Position numbers and translations under genes: made by a program. A stretch of 38,309 bases of DNA from Pseudomonadota bacterium (GTDB taxonomy: Bacteria > Bdellovibrionota_C > UBA2361), in the NCBI GenBank assembly GCA_046047875.1, contig JBJOHD010000070.1:1-38309 (forward strand), given 5' to 3'. This document shows, piece by piece, positions 18,491 through 27,003 of the stretch (the first letter of the stretch is position 1; every line of letters begins with the position of its first letter). Below the pieces are notes generated by a model that was given only the letters and a program-made list of their open reading frames with translations, ran no database searches and had not been told where the DNA came from.

Positions 18491-18608
18491 TGTAATCTCT
18501 CCAGACTGGGTTAAAATCGGTTTAGGGGCGGCAGTTTAGCAGAACGGATATCTTTTACAACCCAGGGGTGGGGAATGATTTCAGGCTCTTACGTTTCTCT
18601 TGCCTTGG

Positions 18609-18629
18609 GAGATAAATGGTGAGATAAAT
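18609..18629. repeat. Direct repeat GAGATAAAT x2 at 12 bp spacing
   Basis: GAGATAAAT at 18609-18617 and 18621-18629, in the divergent region between rpsP and the 18718 ORF. Confidence 0.3.
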
Positions 18630-18717
18630 CAGTCGCTTATTGTATTCCCTGGATCACTTCTCCAAGTTTTCCCGATAGGAGGGCAAGCTTTCGAAGGGGA
18701 GGGGCGCGACAGAACGT

Positions 18718-19122
18718 ATGAAAAATACCCTAATCACCGTTGTGCTCGCTGTCGTGTCGGGGCTCGTCGTGTCAAACGCTCTCGTCCCGAACTTCGCGGC
18801 TGCTGAAGGGGAGGTTTGTCCGGCGGTTATCTTGTGTGATGAGAACGGTCACTACTACGCCGGGGTCGACCCCAACAGTCCGTGCGCTCAGCACCAGCAC
18901 CAGTTCTGTACTGAGCGACGGCTGCAGGCTGAGGTAAATCGGGCGGTGGCTACTCGATTCCTTCGCTACACCAAGCGGTATTCAAAGTGTACAAAGTGGG
19001 CCGAGCGGGTTGCCGGCCGTCGTCCAGCGGCTCAGCGGGCGGTGACGATGAAAGAGTTAAAAGCTCGCACCTGCAGTAAGTACGCGGCCCGAGCGAAAAA
19101 GTGGAATGCGGCGGTTCGTTAA
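18718..19122 (+). CDS. Hypothetical secreted Cys-containing basic protein
   Basis: Signal peptide (TVVLAVVSGLVVSNALVPNFAAAEG), six Cys in the mature part and a basic C-terminus. No recognisable domain. Confidence 0.5.
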   Translation: MKNTLITVVLAVVSGLVVSNALVPNFAAAEGEVCPAVILCDENGHYYAGVDPNSPCAQHQHQFCTERRLQAEVNRAVATRFLRYTKRYSKCTKWAERVAGRRPAAQRAVTMKELKARTCSKYAARAKKWNAAVR

Positions 19123-19296
19123 TTGCCTCGCCTATTGAATCGTCAGGCCGGTGCGTAGTTCGGTTTTTTGCTCAGCGGAGCGCGCAAACACCCAGCATTT
19201 TTTATCCTTATTTTATTCGTACAAGCTTTAGCCTGACGAATCCCGCACCTGAGCGTGGTGACAGATTTTGCGGAGCGGTGGTGAGGTAAAGGCGTC

Positions 19297-20154
19297 CTAC
19301 GACGCGCCCCCTTTGGCGATCTCTTTTAATTTTTCAACTTCAGCCTTCGCCGTCTCCATCTCCTTAAGCCCCGGGGTCTCGAGGATAAAGGGTATGTGGC
19401 GGAGTTTCTCGTGATTTACAAAGGCGCTTAAGGTGTCGCGGCCGATCTCTCCATCGCCGAGGTTCTCGTGGCGATCCTTCTTACTTGCGAGCGGCGTTTT
19501 GCTGTCGTTTAAGTGGATCGCCCAAATCTTATCGATCGTTAAGGTGCGGTCGAAGTTATCGATGATCGAGTCGAGTTCGTGGGTGAGGTCGTATCCGCTC
19601 GCCCAGAGATGCTGAGAATCGAGGGCGAATCCTACCCGATCTTTTTGCTCGACCTGAGCATATATCTCGGCGAGCTCCTCAACCTTATCCCCGATAATCG
19701 AGCCTGCTCCCGCGGCAACTTCGAGAAGGAGGCGAGCTGGAGCCGGGCTTTGATCCATGATCCAATTGACGCTTTCCGCCGCTTGGCGGAGCGCAGAGGC
19801 CTCGTCGGCGGCGTGTTTCGCGGTGCCGACGTGAAAGATAACGCCATCACCATGAATCCGTGCGGTGAGTTCAAGGTGATGGACAAGCGATGTTCGGGAA
19901 AGATGGAGCTGCTGCGGGTCGGGGTTCGCAAGGTTAATCAGGTATATCCCGTGAAAAAACACCTTCTCAACCCCCGACGAGGGGCGGAGTTCGTTGAACT
20001 TGTCGGCGTAGTGTGCGGGGTAGGGTTTCGCATTCCACCGCTGCGGCGGGGCGGGGTGGAGCTGAATCGTATTTACCCCGAGCTCTTGAGCGTTGATGAG
20101 GGCGTTCTCCATACCCCCGCTCGCCGATACGTGACATCCAAGGAACCGTTTCAT
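19297..20154 (-). CDS. nfo: Deoxyribonuclease IV (endonuclease IV, AP endonuclease)
   Basis: MKRFLGCHVSASGG..., the HPAPPQRW region, HVG, LLEVAAG and IHLNDSK motifs fit the Nfo/TIM-barrel family. I start at the ATG at 20154. The 68 upstream codons of the listed ORF are Pro/Arg-rich with no family counterpart. Confidence 0.9.
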   Translation of the reverse strand: MKRFLGCHVSASGGMENALINAQELGVNTIQLHPAPPQRWNAKPYPAHYADKFNELRPSSGVEKVFFHGIYLINLANPDPQQLHLSRTSLVHHLELTARIHGDGVIFHVGTAKHAADEASALRQAAESVNWIMDQSPAPARLLLEVAAGAGSIIGDKVEELAEIYAQVEQKDRVGFALDSQHLWASGYDLTHELDSIIDNFDRTLTIDKIWAIHLNDSKTPLASKKDRHENLGDGEIGRDTLSAFVNHEKLRHIPFILETPGLKEMETAKAEVEKLKEIAKGGAS

Positions 20155-20203
20155 AGGAGGGGAATGTTGACCGATACGAACACCCCCCGTCAACCGCGTC
20201 CCC

Positions 20204-20473
20204 TTATTTTTTCGGGGAGCACGGGGCACCGTTACGCCCGAAACATCCCTCGTGGGGGGACTTTCCCTCATCTTGGGGCGTCTCCCGAGTTGAGTCGGCG
20301 CCGGGGCAGCGGCGGTGGTGCGGACACCCGCAATATCCCCCTCGGCATGCGGGAGCATCCATGGAGCAGCACCGCCCCGCCGCTCCCGAGCAGCAGGGGG
20401 GTGCTTTGGGAGCGCATCCTCCCAGACAGAAAAGGCTTATCGCTAATGAGAGCGCGGTTGATTTGATCGACAT
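20204..20473 (-). CDS. Candidate Cys-rich small lipoprotein (89 aa)
   Basis: ATG with GAGGGAG about 10 nt upstream. Textbook lipoprotein signal MSIKSTALSLAISLFCLGGC (lipobox LGGC). The mature part has 10 further Cys in CC-x6-CC-x6-C-x4-C-x-C-x5-C spacing. It fills an otherwise empty 393 bp gap between the BON gene and nfo. Confidence 0.5.
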   Translation of the reverse strand: MSIKSTALSLAISLFCLGGCAPKAPPCCSGAAGRCCSMDAPACRGGYCGCPHHRRCPGADSTRETPQDEGKSPHEGCFGRNGAPCSPKK

Positions 20474-20547
20474 CGTTGTAATGCTCCCTCTAACTAGAAC
20501 GCTCGTCGAGCTGAAGCCCCCGGCACGGCGGCCTCTCGATTGAAAAT

Positions 20548-21336
20548 TTAGCGCCCGATGGTCATCTCGCTTTTAATGTCGCGTACTCCATTAACCATCA
20601 ACGCCACCCCTAAAATCCGGTCGATCTCCCGGTGTGTAGGGCGCATACCCGTAAAAGTCACAACTCCCTCGCTTGCTGATATCTCAAGCCCCTCAAGGTC
20701 GACATCCCCGGCTTTTCGGAGCGCTTCGCGCACATTCGCCGCCACAACGAGATCGCTCGTCGGTGGAGCCACAGTGAGGCGATTGTCGAGGTTGACGACT
20801 CCGGGGGTGGCCCGAGCGATCCGTTCGATCGTCGTACTGTCCTCCGGGCTCACGACCTCACCGACAAGCGCCACCGTCTGCCCAGTGACGAGGATCTCTA
20901 TATCGTAGTGTCCGATCGAATGATTCGCCTTTACTCTGGAGCGGATCGATTCAGCGAGGCGGGTTGAAGGGCCGCGTTGCGCGATGGCGGAATGTCGGAG
21001 GGCGACGAGCTCGTTTTTAACCGAATTCACCCCGCTGACTTTCCGCACCGCGTCCTCGACCCGGGAGATATCTGCCGGAGAGCTCACCTCTCCTTTGAGA
21101 TGCACGAATCCCCGGTGAGTCTCGATATCGATCGAGTGGGGGCCAAGATCAGGGAGCTGGCGAATAGAATCCTCGACATCACGGGTAAGGCGGCTCACCA
21201 CTTCGGTTGCGAAAGTAGGGGCGGCTGCAAGTGTCAGACCAACCACCACCCCGCTGCTCAATAAACCGGAGATAAAGAGGCGGTGTAACTTCGAGTTGAA
21301 GCCGATCGGGGAAGCAGGGAACAGTTTCATAGTCAC
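20548..21336 (-). CDS. BON-domain protein (OsmY-like), secreted
   Basis: Signal peptide, then three repeats of the BON pattern (...IDIETHRGFVHLKGEVSS...VSGVNSVKNEL; ...ILVTGQTVALVGEVVS...TPGVVNLDNRL; ...ISASEGVVTFTGMRP...VNGVRDIKSEM). Confidence 0.8.
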   Translation of the reverse strand: MTMKLFPASPIGFNSKLHRLFISGLLSSGVVVGLTLAAAPTFATEVVSRLTRDVEDSIRQLPDLGPHSIDIETHRGFVHLKGEVSSPADISRVEDAVRKVSGVNSVKNELVALRHSAIAQRGPSTRLAESIRSRVKANHSIGHYDIEILVTGQTVALVGEVVSPEDSTTIERIARATPGVVNLDNRLTVAPPTSDLVVAANVREALRKAGDVDLEGLEISASEGVVTFTGMRPTHREIDRILGVALMVNGVRDIKSEMTIGR

Positions 21337-21542
21337 TCCTTCGGTTGGGGGGGATTTCCAGGTATCCCCGTCAAAAGTGCGCTCGCGCGGCGGGCTGTGC
21401 TACCCTAGCATAGTGCGGGGGCGAGTCTACGCCGTAGAGCGTCGCCAAGCCGGTGTGCTTAGCTGTCCGGCATCGCACCATGAAAGGGGCGCCCGCGGTA
21501 TGGGAAGGCTCATCCACACGATACCGAGAGATCGATGGTTTT

Positions 21543-24080
21543 ATGAGATTTTTAAAGCGTCTCAGCGTGGCCCTCATCATCCTCAGCGCTCTTCTTGGCG
21601 GGCTCGGTTACCTCGCGATCCTCAATATCGATGCGATCGTTACCCGTTACCGCGAGCCGTTGGAGCGGTGGGTTGGGGCGGAGCTTGGAGGAGAGCTCCG
21701 CTCGAAGAAAGTCACCGCACACCTCCTACCCCGTCCCCAACTTCAGATCGAGGAGGCCTCCGTGCGCTTCAGCGGAGAGGAACCAGCCCTTTTGGTGGAG
21801 AGGATCAGGGTTGAATTCGAACTCGCACCCCTCCTCTGGCGGAACCTCAAGCTGAACTCGGTGGTGCTTTCCCGTCCCCACATTTTTCTCGTACGCTCGG
21901 AGCGGGGCGTGACCCCGCGGGGGATGACCCCTCGTGAGCTTGGGGGCGCCCGAAGCCTCCCGCTTTTCATCGGGCTCGATCGCTTTGAGGTCAACGACGG
22001 TCGGATCGAGTTTGGGGACGGAGCGGAAAGTGGGGGGGGGGTCATCGCTGGTATCGAGCTCTCCGGAGGGATGCGTCTTGAAGATGGGGAGCTTGAGATT
22101 TCCCCCTTCGAGGCTAAGGCCCGTGGGGCTGACCCGCTTGGAGAAGTCGCCGGCTCATTTCGCGAGGTGCGCTACTCGACGAAGAGCGGCGAGCTCTCCA
22201 TCGCGCTCACACGAGGTGTGTGGCGCGGGATCGAGTTCCAAGGGGACGGGGGATTTCGGCTCGTTGACTCGACCGGACGGTTTGCTCTTACTGGACCTCC
22301 CGCCTCCGTCGCGCTCCTCGACTCGGCTGCTCAAAAGCTCGGCTTTCGGCTTTTGCCAGAGGGTGACGAGTTCAAGATAGAGGGCACCGCCGAGCCGAAG
22401 CTCACCGTAACGTTTGAACGGGGGGGGCGGTATCGGATAAACGGCTCGCTCGGTCTTGAGGGGGCGGTATCGAGGGATACGCTCGCCGTTCAAGGATTAA
22501 AGGGGGTGGTGCAGCTCGCTTTGCACGAGGGTGGGGGGCGCATCGCCGTTGAGAAGCTGCGGGGAGTTGTCGGGGGTGAGAAATCTCCGCTCTCAGCGGA
22601 GGGGGCGTTCGAGCTTAATCCGCTTCGGGGGGAGATCCGGGGGGGAGTGTCGGGTCTCCCCCTCTCCGCGGTCTCACAGCTTGTTCCGGCATCGAGTCTT
22701 CCTGGGCTGAGCCTCGAGCAAGGAGCCGCCGCTTTAAAATTCTCTTTTCAGGCCCGGGGCGATGTTCCAGCTGAGTGGAACGTCCAAGCCGATGTCACGG
22801 GGGGGGCGGGGACCTTTCGAGCGACCCCATTTCAAGACGGTGCGGGGCGGATTCGAGTCCGTGGCAGCAGCGATACGTTCTCCCTCACCTTCGATCCCAT
22901 CACCCTTGGTCTCGCAGGCGGGGCGGAGGTGGTGACGATTAAAGGCGAGGGTGACGGTTCAAGCGGGGGATTTTCGATCTCAACGGTGCAGGTTTCGGTA
23001 CCTACCGTTCTGGCTGCACTCGGTGTGTCCGCTGAGGGATCGAGCGGCGTCTCCGGGGATCTCAAATTCGATCTGAAGGCGCGAATCCAGCCGGGGGGCG
23101 CGCTGAACATTGCGGGGCCTCTCACTATCACCAACGGCGGGTGGGATATCGACGGACTTTCGGTGCGTGAACTTGCGGGGGAGATAAAGCTTGAGTACGC
23201 GGAGGCTGCGAAAATCGATCTACGTGGTCTCAATTTTCAGGTGAACGGAGAGCCGCTCGTCATGAGCGGTATTATGAAGAAAGTCGGTGAGGAGCTCCGC
23301 TGTGAGCAGTGCCTCATCCAAGGGGTCGGAGGGCAGGCGCTCTTCGACGGAGCGGTCTCGTTGGTGACTCCGGGACGTTTCGAATTTACCGGACGGGGGC
23401 AAGATCTGAACATCGAGCGGCTTCGCCGGGTGTTCTCGGTCGATACAGCAGGTGATGCCCTTACCGGGGAACTCACCGATCTTCGATGGCGTTTCTCTGG
23501 AAACCGGGGAGAGGAGTTCTCCCGATCGCTCGAGGGAGGGCTCGCTTTTCGCCTTGAGCGTGGAGCGCTCCACGGTGTGAACATCGCTCGGGTGGCGATT
23601 GAGCGGATCGGCACGATTCCGCTGCTACGAGATCCGCTTCTTGAATCGATTCCTCCCCAATTTCGGGGTTCTCTCTATGATACCGATACCCCGATACGTG
23701 GCCTCCTCGGCGAGGTGTCGGTTCGGGAGGGACGTGCCTCGACCGAGGAGCTCCGGCTAGAGAGCGACCTCTTTGCCCTCGGGGCGCGGGGGGAGTACGA
23801 GTTCGACGGCGCGGTAAATCTCGGAGCCACGTTGTGGCTTGAGCGTGAATTCGCCTACGCGCTCGCCGATCGGGTGGTGGAGCTTCGGTCGCTGTTCGGC
23901 CGAGAGGGGACGATCGTTGTACCGCTAAAAATAAGTGGTGCACCTACCGAGCTCACGGTGACCCCCGATATCGGTGTGCTTCTCGAGCGCGCCGCTCAGC
24001 GGGCGATCGAGCGCGGAGCCGAGCGGTTTATCGGAGAGGCGATCGACCGATTGGGAGGGAGGGAATCGCGGGAGCCTTAA
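21543..24080 (+). CDS. AsmA-family / AsmA-like large envelope protein
   Basis: N-terminal anchor MRFLKRLSVALIILSALLGGLGYLAI, then about 800 aa of Gly/Leu/Glu-rich beta-type repeats. The C-terminal region (LEGGLAFRLERGALHGVNIA...) resembles AsmA C-termini. I prefer the ATG at 21543 over the listed 21453. Confidence 0.7.
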   Translation: MRFLKRLSVALIILSALLGGLGYLAILNIDAIVTRYREPLERWVGAELGGELRSKKVTAHLLPRPQLQIEEASVRFSGEEPALLVERIRVEFELAPLLWRNLKLNSVVLSRPHIFLVRSERGVTPRGMTPRELGGARSLPLFIGLDRFEVNDGRIEFGDGAESGGGVIAGIELSGGMRLEDGELEISPFEAKARGADPLGEVAGSFREVRYSTKSGELSIALTRGVWRGIEFQGDGGFRLVDSTGRFALTGPPASVALLDSAAQKLGFRLLPEGDEFKIEGTAEPKLTVTFERGGRYRINGSLGLEGAVSRDTLAVQGLKGVVQLALHEGGGRIAVEKLRGVVGGEKSPLSAEGAFELNPLRGEIRGGVSGLPLSAVSQLVPASSLPGLSLEQGAAALKFSFQARGDVPAEWNVQADVTGGAGTFRATPFQDGAGRIRVRGSSDTFSLTFDPITLGLAGGAEVVTIKGEGDGSSGGFSISTVQVSVPTVLAALGVSAEGSSGVSGDLKFDLKARIQPGGALNIAGPLTITNGGWDIDGLSVRELAGEIKLEYAEAAKIDLRGLNFQVNGEPLVMSGIMKKVGEELRCEQCLIQGVGGQALFDGAVSLVTPGRFEFTGRGQDLNIERLRRVFSVDTAGDALTGELTDLRWRFSGNRGEEFSRSLEGGLAFRLERGALHGVNIARVAIERIGTIPLLRDPLLESIPPQFRGSLYDTDTPIRGLLGEVSVREGRASTEELRLESDLFALGARGEYEFDGAVNLGATLWLEREFAYALADRVVELRSLFGREGTIVVPLKISGAPTELTVTPDIGVLLERAAQRAIERGAERFIGEAIDRLGGRESREP

Positions 24081-24087
24081 AAAGGAG

Positions 24088-24124
24088 CGCGCCGGGGAGC
24101 CCCTGAGGAGGCTCTTCCGGCGCG
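24088..24124. terminator. Compound GC hairpin after the AsmA-like gene
   Basis: CGCGCCGG (24088-24095) pairs with CCGGCGCG (24117-24124). An inner GAGCC/GGCTC stem sits between them. TTT follows on the plus strand and a T-run on the minus strand. Confidence 0.45.
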
Positions 24125-24212
24125 TTTCGATACCCATTCAAGACCGTTGAGCTTACGCTCCTCCGGTTATCTTCGGCGGATACCGCTCCTCCGCTTTGAG
24201 CGGTTTGTTGAA

Positions 24213-24236
24213 AGGTCTCCATGTTCGCGGAGACCT
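24213..24236 (-). terminator. Hairpin just downstream of the small Ala-rich protein gene
   Basis: AGGTCTCC (24213-24220) pairs with GGAGACCT (24229-24236), an 8 bp stem with an 8 nt loop. It lies 15 nt past the stop at 24251. The T-tract is weak. Confidence 0.3.
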
Positions 24237-24250
24237 CTCAAACACTTGAA

Positions 24251-24526
24251 TTAGTGGGTCGACTTAGCGGCCGCATCGAGCGCAGCGTTATTCGCCGTAG
24301 CCTCTTTGGTCTTGGTATCGATGAGAGCCTTCTGCTCAGCGGTCAACGAATTCTCGCTGGCGGTGAGGGCCGCGTTCGCATCGGCGATCGCCTTGTTAGC
24401 GTCGGTCAGCGCGTTGTCGGTGGTCGCAGCGGCGTTGTTCAACGCATCCTGGGTAATCGTCGTGGTCGAGGTCTCAGCCATCGCGGGAAGGGCGAACAAC
24501 ACAGCAGCAACAAGAAGGGTACGCAT
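24251..24526 (-). CDS. Small secreted Ala/Thr/Asn/Asp-rich helical protein (91 aa)
   Basis: AAGGA precedes the ATG. Clear signal peptide MRTLLVAAVLFALPAMA-ETS. The mature 70 aa or so are low complexity (NNAAATTDNALTDANKAIADANAALTASENSLTAEQKALID) with no aromatic residues or Cys. Confidence 0.6.
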   Translation of the reverse strand: MRTLLVAAVLFALPAMAETSTTTITQDALNNAAATTDNALTDANKAIADANAALTASENSLTAEQKALIDTKTKEATANNAALDAAAKSTH

Positions 24527-24847
24527 AAAAGGTTCCTTTCGTTTAGATGTTTAGCGGGGCCGCACAACCGTACGGCCCCCTCGGCTTCGGACTCTCACAT
24601 ACCAGGCGGTTAAACGCACGATAATTTTTCGAAGGGCCCCATCGGGGCTTGAACCGGTGGGCGGTTCCGCAGATAGTCAGGCGAGGATTGCGGGAGGCGC
24701 CGCTGTAATAAACGTCCCCTCCTAACCGACCTAAATCGCCGGAAAAAAGGGAGGGTCGGGGCTTTGAACGAGGGATAGAGAGCCCTGCGGGGGAGATTAA
24801 GACGGGGCTGGAAGTTGATCGCGGGGGCTTATTTTAGGGATCGAACG

Positions 24848-25525
24848 ATGGGACAGATTTTGAATTTAACCCTGGCTTTTATATGTGGAGCAGCGCTCGC
24901 CGGGTGCGGGGGTGGGGGGGGCGGTGGCTCAGGTGACGACCTGAGGGAGGGCTCGGCCTCCACCGGGGTGCGGCTTCTGCACGCGGTGATCGACGCCCCA
25001 CCCCTTGAGGTTGTGAGCTCGTTGAGCAGCAGCCCGGTGGATACAGCGCGATTCGGTGAGCGCTCTTTCTACGGGGCGCTTTCGACCGGAGCCCAGACCC
25101 TCACAGTTTCCCCGCGGCTCGAGCCGGGGAGGACGCTCGGCTCGTTCGGGATATCGGTGGCATCGGGGGAGCGCCGTTCGATCGTTATCTACGGGGAGGA
25201 GGAGAGCGGTATTCAGAGCGCTCTCCTCGATGACGCTCCTGGGGAGATCCCTGCGGGACAAGCGGTTGTGCGTTTTGTGAACGGAGTTGCGAGTGCCGGG
25301 GAGATCGGGGTGACGATTACCGGCGGTGAGGCGGGGGTCGATCTCCCGCAGGGAGGTGCTTCGTTCCACCAACCCGTTCCACCGGGCGCCCAGACGATCA
25401 CGGTGCGGGCCGGGGAGCGGGCGATATTTTCGGGGGCGCGAAACTTCGAATCGGGGCGGGCGTACACCGTGCTCGTGGCCGGGGAGGCTGGATATTTTGT
25501 GACGGTAACGGTCTTTGAGGATTAA
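24848..25525 (+). CDS. DUF4397-like lipoprotein
   Basis: Lipobox LAGC followed by a poly-Gly linker. Two repeats of the VR(L/F)(L/V)(H/N)...(D/A)..(P/E)(L/I)(E/G)V pattern typical of DUF4397. I prefer the ATG at 24848. Confidence 0.65.
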   Translation: MGQILNLTLAFICGAALAGCGGGGGGGSGDDLREGSASTGVRLLHAVIDAPPLEVVSSLSSSPVDTARFGERSFYGALSTGAQTLTVSPRLEPGRTLGSFGISVASGERRSIVIYGEEESGIQSALLDDAPGEIPAGQAVVRFVNGVASAGEIGVTITGGEAGVDLPQGGASFHQPVPPGAQTITVRAGERAIFSGARNFESGRAYTVLVAGEAGYFVTVTVFED

Positions 25526-25582
25526 ACGAGCAGCTGCGTCGGTTCTCTAAGATGAGATTCGGTGGAGTCGGCGGAACCGAGG

Positions 25583-26872
25583 TTACTCCGGCTGCTGAGC
25601 CGCCTGTCGTTGTATCGCTTCGATAAACCGTTGGCGGATCTCTTCCCGACGTCGAGCGAGCTCAGCATCGTCTTGAGGGGATGGTGCCTCCGCCTGTGAT
25701 TCCACGCGAAAGCTCTCCACCGGGCGCCGGACAGGAGCTGCTGCGCGGATTGGCGCAGCTTGCACTGCGCTCGGCTTGGGAGGCGTATTCGAAGCTGGGG
25801 AGCGAAGGCCGCCGAGTACCGCATCGGGATCGCTAAACGCTTTGGTGACCGCCGAGCTTATCTCCTCCGGATAGCCATCGAGGATAGTTTTGGGTTTGTT
25901 CTCCGCGGGTGGAGCTGCCTCGATCGGTTTTTGAAGCGCTGCGGTCTTAAAGCTCTCGGGCGAGGGGGGACGCTGCAGGAGCAGCACCGCCACGGTCGCC
26001 GTTACCGCGATCAGGAAAGTGGAGGCTAGAATAGCGACCGGTGCGGTAAAGTCGGGGAGCTTCGGGAGGCGGGGTAGTGGGAACCGCCGCGCCTTCACCG
26101 GAGCGGCACCGGGAAATCCGCCTTTTAAGAGATCGTGCTCCGGCGCGACCCGCGATGACTGCCGCTCGACCGGCGGGAGATCGCCCGCAGCTTCTTTCCG
26201 GAGCGCTTCGATCATCTTTTGGGTTTCGATATCATCGGCGCCAGCACCACCGAAACCGATCGTTTTCTTTCGGGGAGCCTCAAGCTGAATCCGCGAGACG
26301 ATCTCGTTTTCAATCCAGTCATCTGGCCGATCTGAAAGCGCTGGGACGACTACGATCGCTCTCTTTTGCCAAGCAAAGTTTGAAAGGTCGCGTGCAAAGG
26401 TGTTCCGCCACGTTTCGGGCACAAGGGCGAACGGATCGTTGAGTACCACAACTCCGGCATCGGAGAACGCGATAGCTAAAAGCCGCACCATCCGATCCTC
26501 TTCGGGGGAGAGGTTCTTGCACGCCTCCCGGGCGAGACCACCGAGACCGTGGGAGAGGAGAAGAGAATCGACCCCGTCCGCTGGTACCCCTGATCCGATG
26601 AGGTATTCGGCAACCGTCATCACATCGCTGGCGTTAAAACGCTCCCCGTAACCGATCCTCGGATGGAGATCTGCGTTAAACGGCGTATTGTCGAGTAGAA
26701 CGGAGAACCGTTCCCCCGGCACCGTGACACCCAGAAGTCCGTTGGCGAAGAGCTTTAAAAGCTGAGGATCGTTCGCCCGAAAGACGGTGATATGGCCCGC
26801 AAGGCAGCGAATTCGGCGCTTTACCTCGCCTTGTGAGCCGAGGCGGTTTATCTCTATCTGCTCGTATCGCAT
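25583..26872 (-). CDS. Membrane-anchored protein: degenerate ABC-ATPase-like N-terminal domain, single TM helix, Pro/Ala-rich C-terminal region
   Basis: Residues 1-200 run collinear with an ABC nucleotide-binding domain, but the catalytic motifs are lost. The P-loop position reads FRANDPQLLKLFANGLLG. The signature reads LSPEE. Walker B reads VVVLNDPF. The H-loop position reads VVVPALSD. A TM segment (VAILASTFLIAVTATVAVLLL) follows, then a Pro/Ala-rich tail. Confidence 0.6.
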   Translation of the reverse strand: MRYEQIEINRLGSQGEVKRRIRCLAGHITVFRANDPQLLKLFANGLLGVTVPGERFSVLLDNTPFNADLHPRIGYGERFNASDVMTVAEYLIGSGVPADGVDSLLLSHGLGGLAREACKNLSPEEDRMVRLLAIAFSDAGVVVLNDPFALVPETWRNTFARDLSNFAWQKRAIVVVPALSDRPDDWIENEIVSRIQLEAPRKKTIGFGGAGADDIETQKMIEALRKEAAGDLPPVERQSSRVAPEHDLLKGGFPGAAPVKARRFPLPRLPKLPDFTAPVAILASTFLIAVTATVAVLLLQRPPSPESFKTAALQKPIEAAPPAENKPKTILDGYPEEISSAVTKAFSDPDAVLGGLRSPASNTPPKPSAVQAAPIRAAAPVRRPVESFRVESQAEAPSPQDDAELARRREEIRQRFIEAIQRQAAQQPE

Positions 26873-27003
26873 AGCGCGGCGACGGCGCTCCCGTTCTTAA
26901 GTTCCTGCGATATTTTCATCGTCGGGTTTACATGGGGACTTAATGATTTAAATCGACGTAAGGGGTTGAGAGTTGGGCGAGATCCGCCGATATCTCAGGT
27001 GAG

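Noticed and set aside
20155-20358. N-terminal extensions in listed ORFs: nfo (20155-20358), ridA (5789-5899), short TPM (29044-29148), LOG (28553-28714), AsmA-like (21453-21542) and LemA (30509-30541).
   Set aside because: The extensions have no counterpart in the respective families. They are low complexity or overlap the upstream gene. Internal starts give family-typical N-termini, several with an RBS or a coupled stop/start.
20547-20559. Identical 13-mer TTTAGCGCCCGAT at 20547-20559 and 34270-34282, as a possible dispersed repeat element.
   Set aside because: Exact 13-mers shared by chance are expected many times in about 38 kb read on both strands. One copy is simply the end of the BON coding sequence. 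The flanking sequence does not match.
22032-22041. Treating the many G8-G10 runs inside coding regions as programmed phase-variation switches. Runs occur at 14475-14483, 22032-22041, and near 22430, 22640, 24915 and 29410.
   Set aside because: They recur in many unrelated genes, usually as GGG-GGG glycine codons. This looks like a compositional habit of the genome. Only the intergenic G11 and the longest coding run are kept, as low-interest items.
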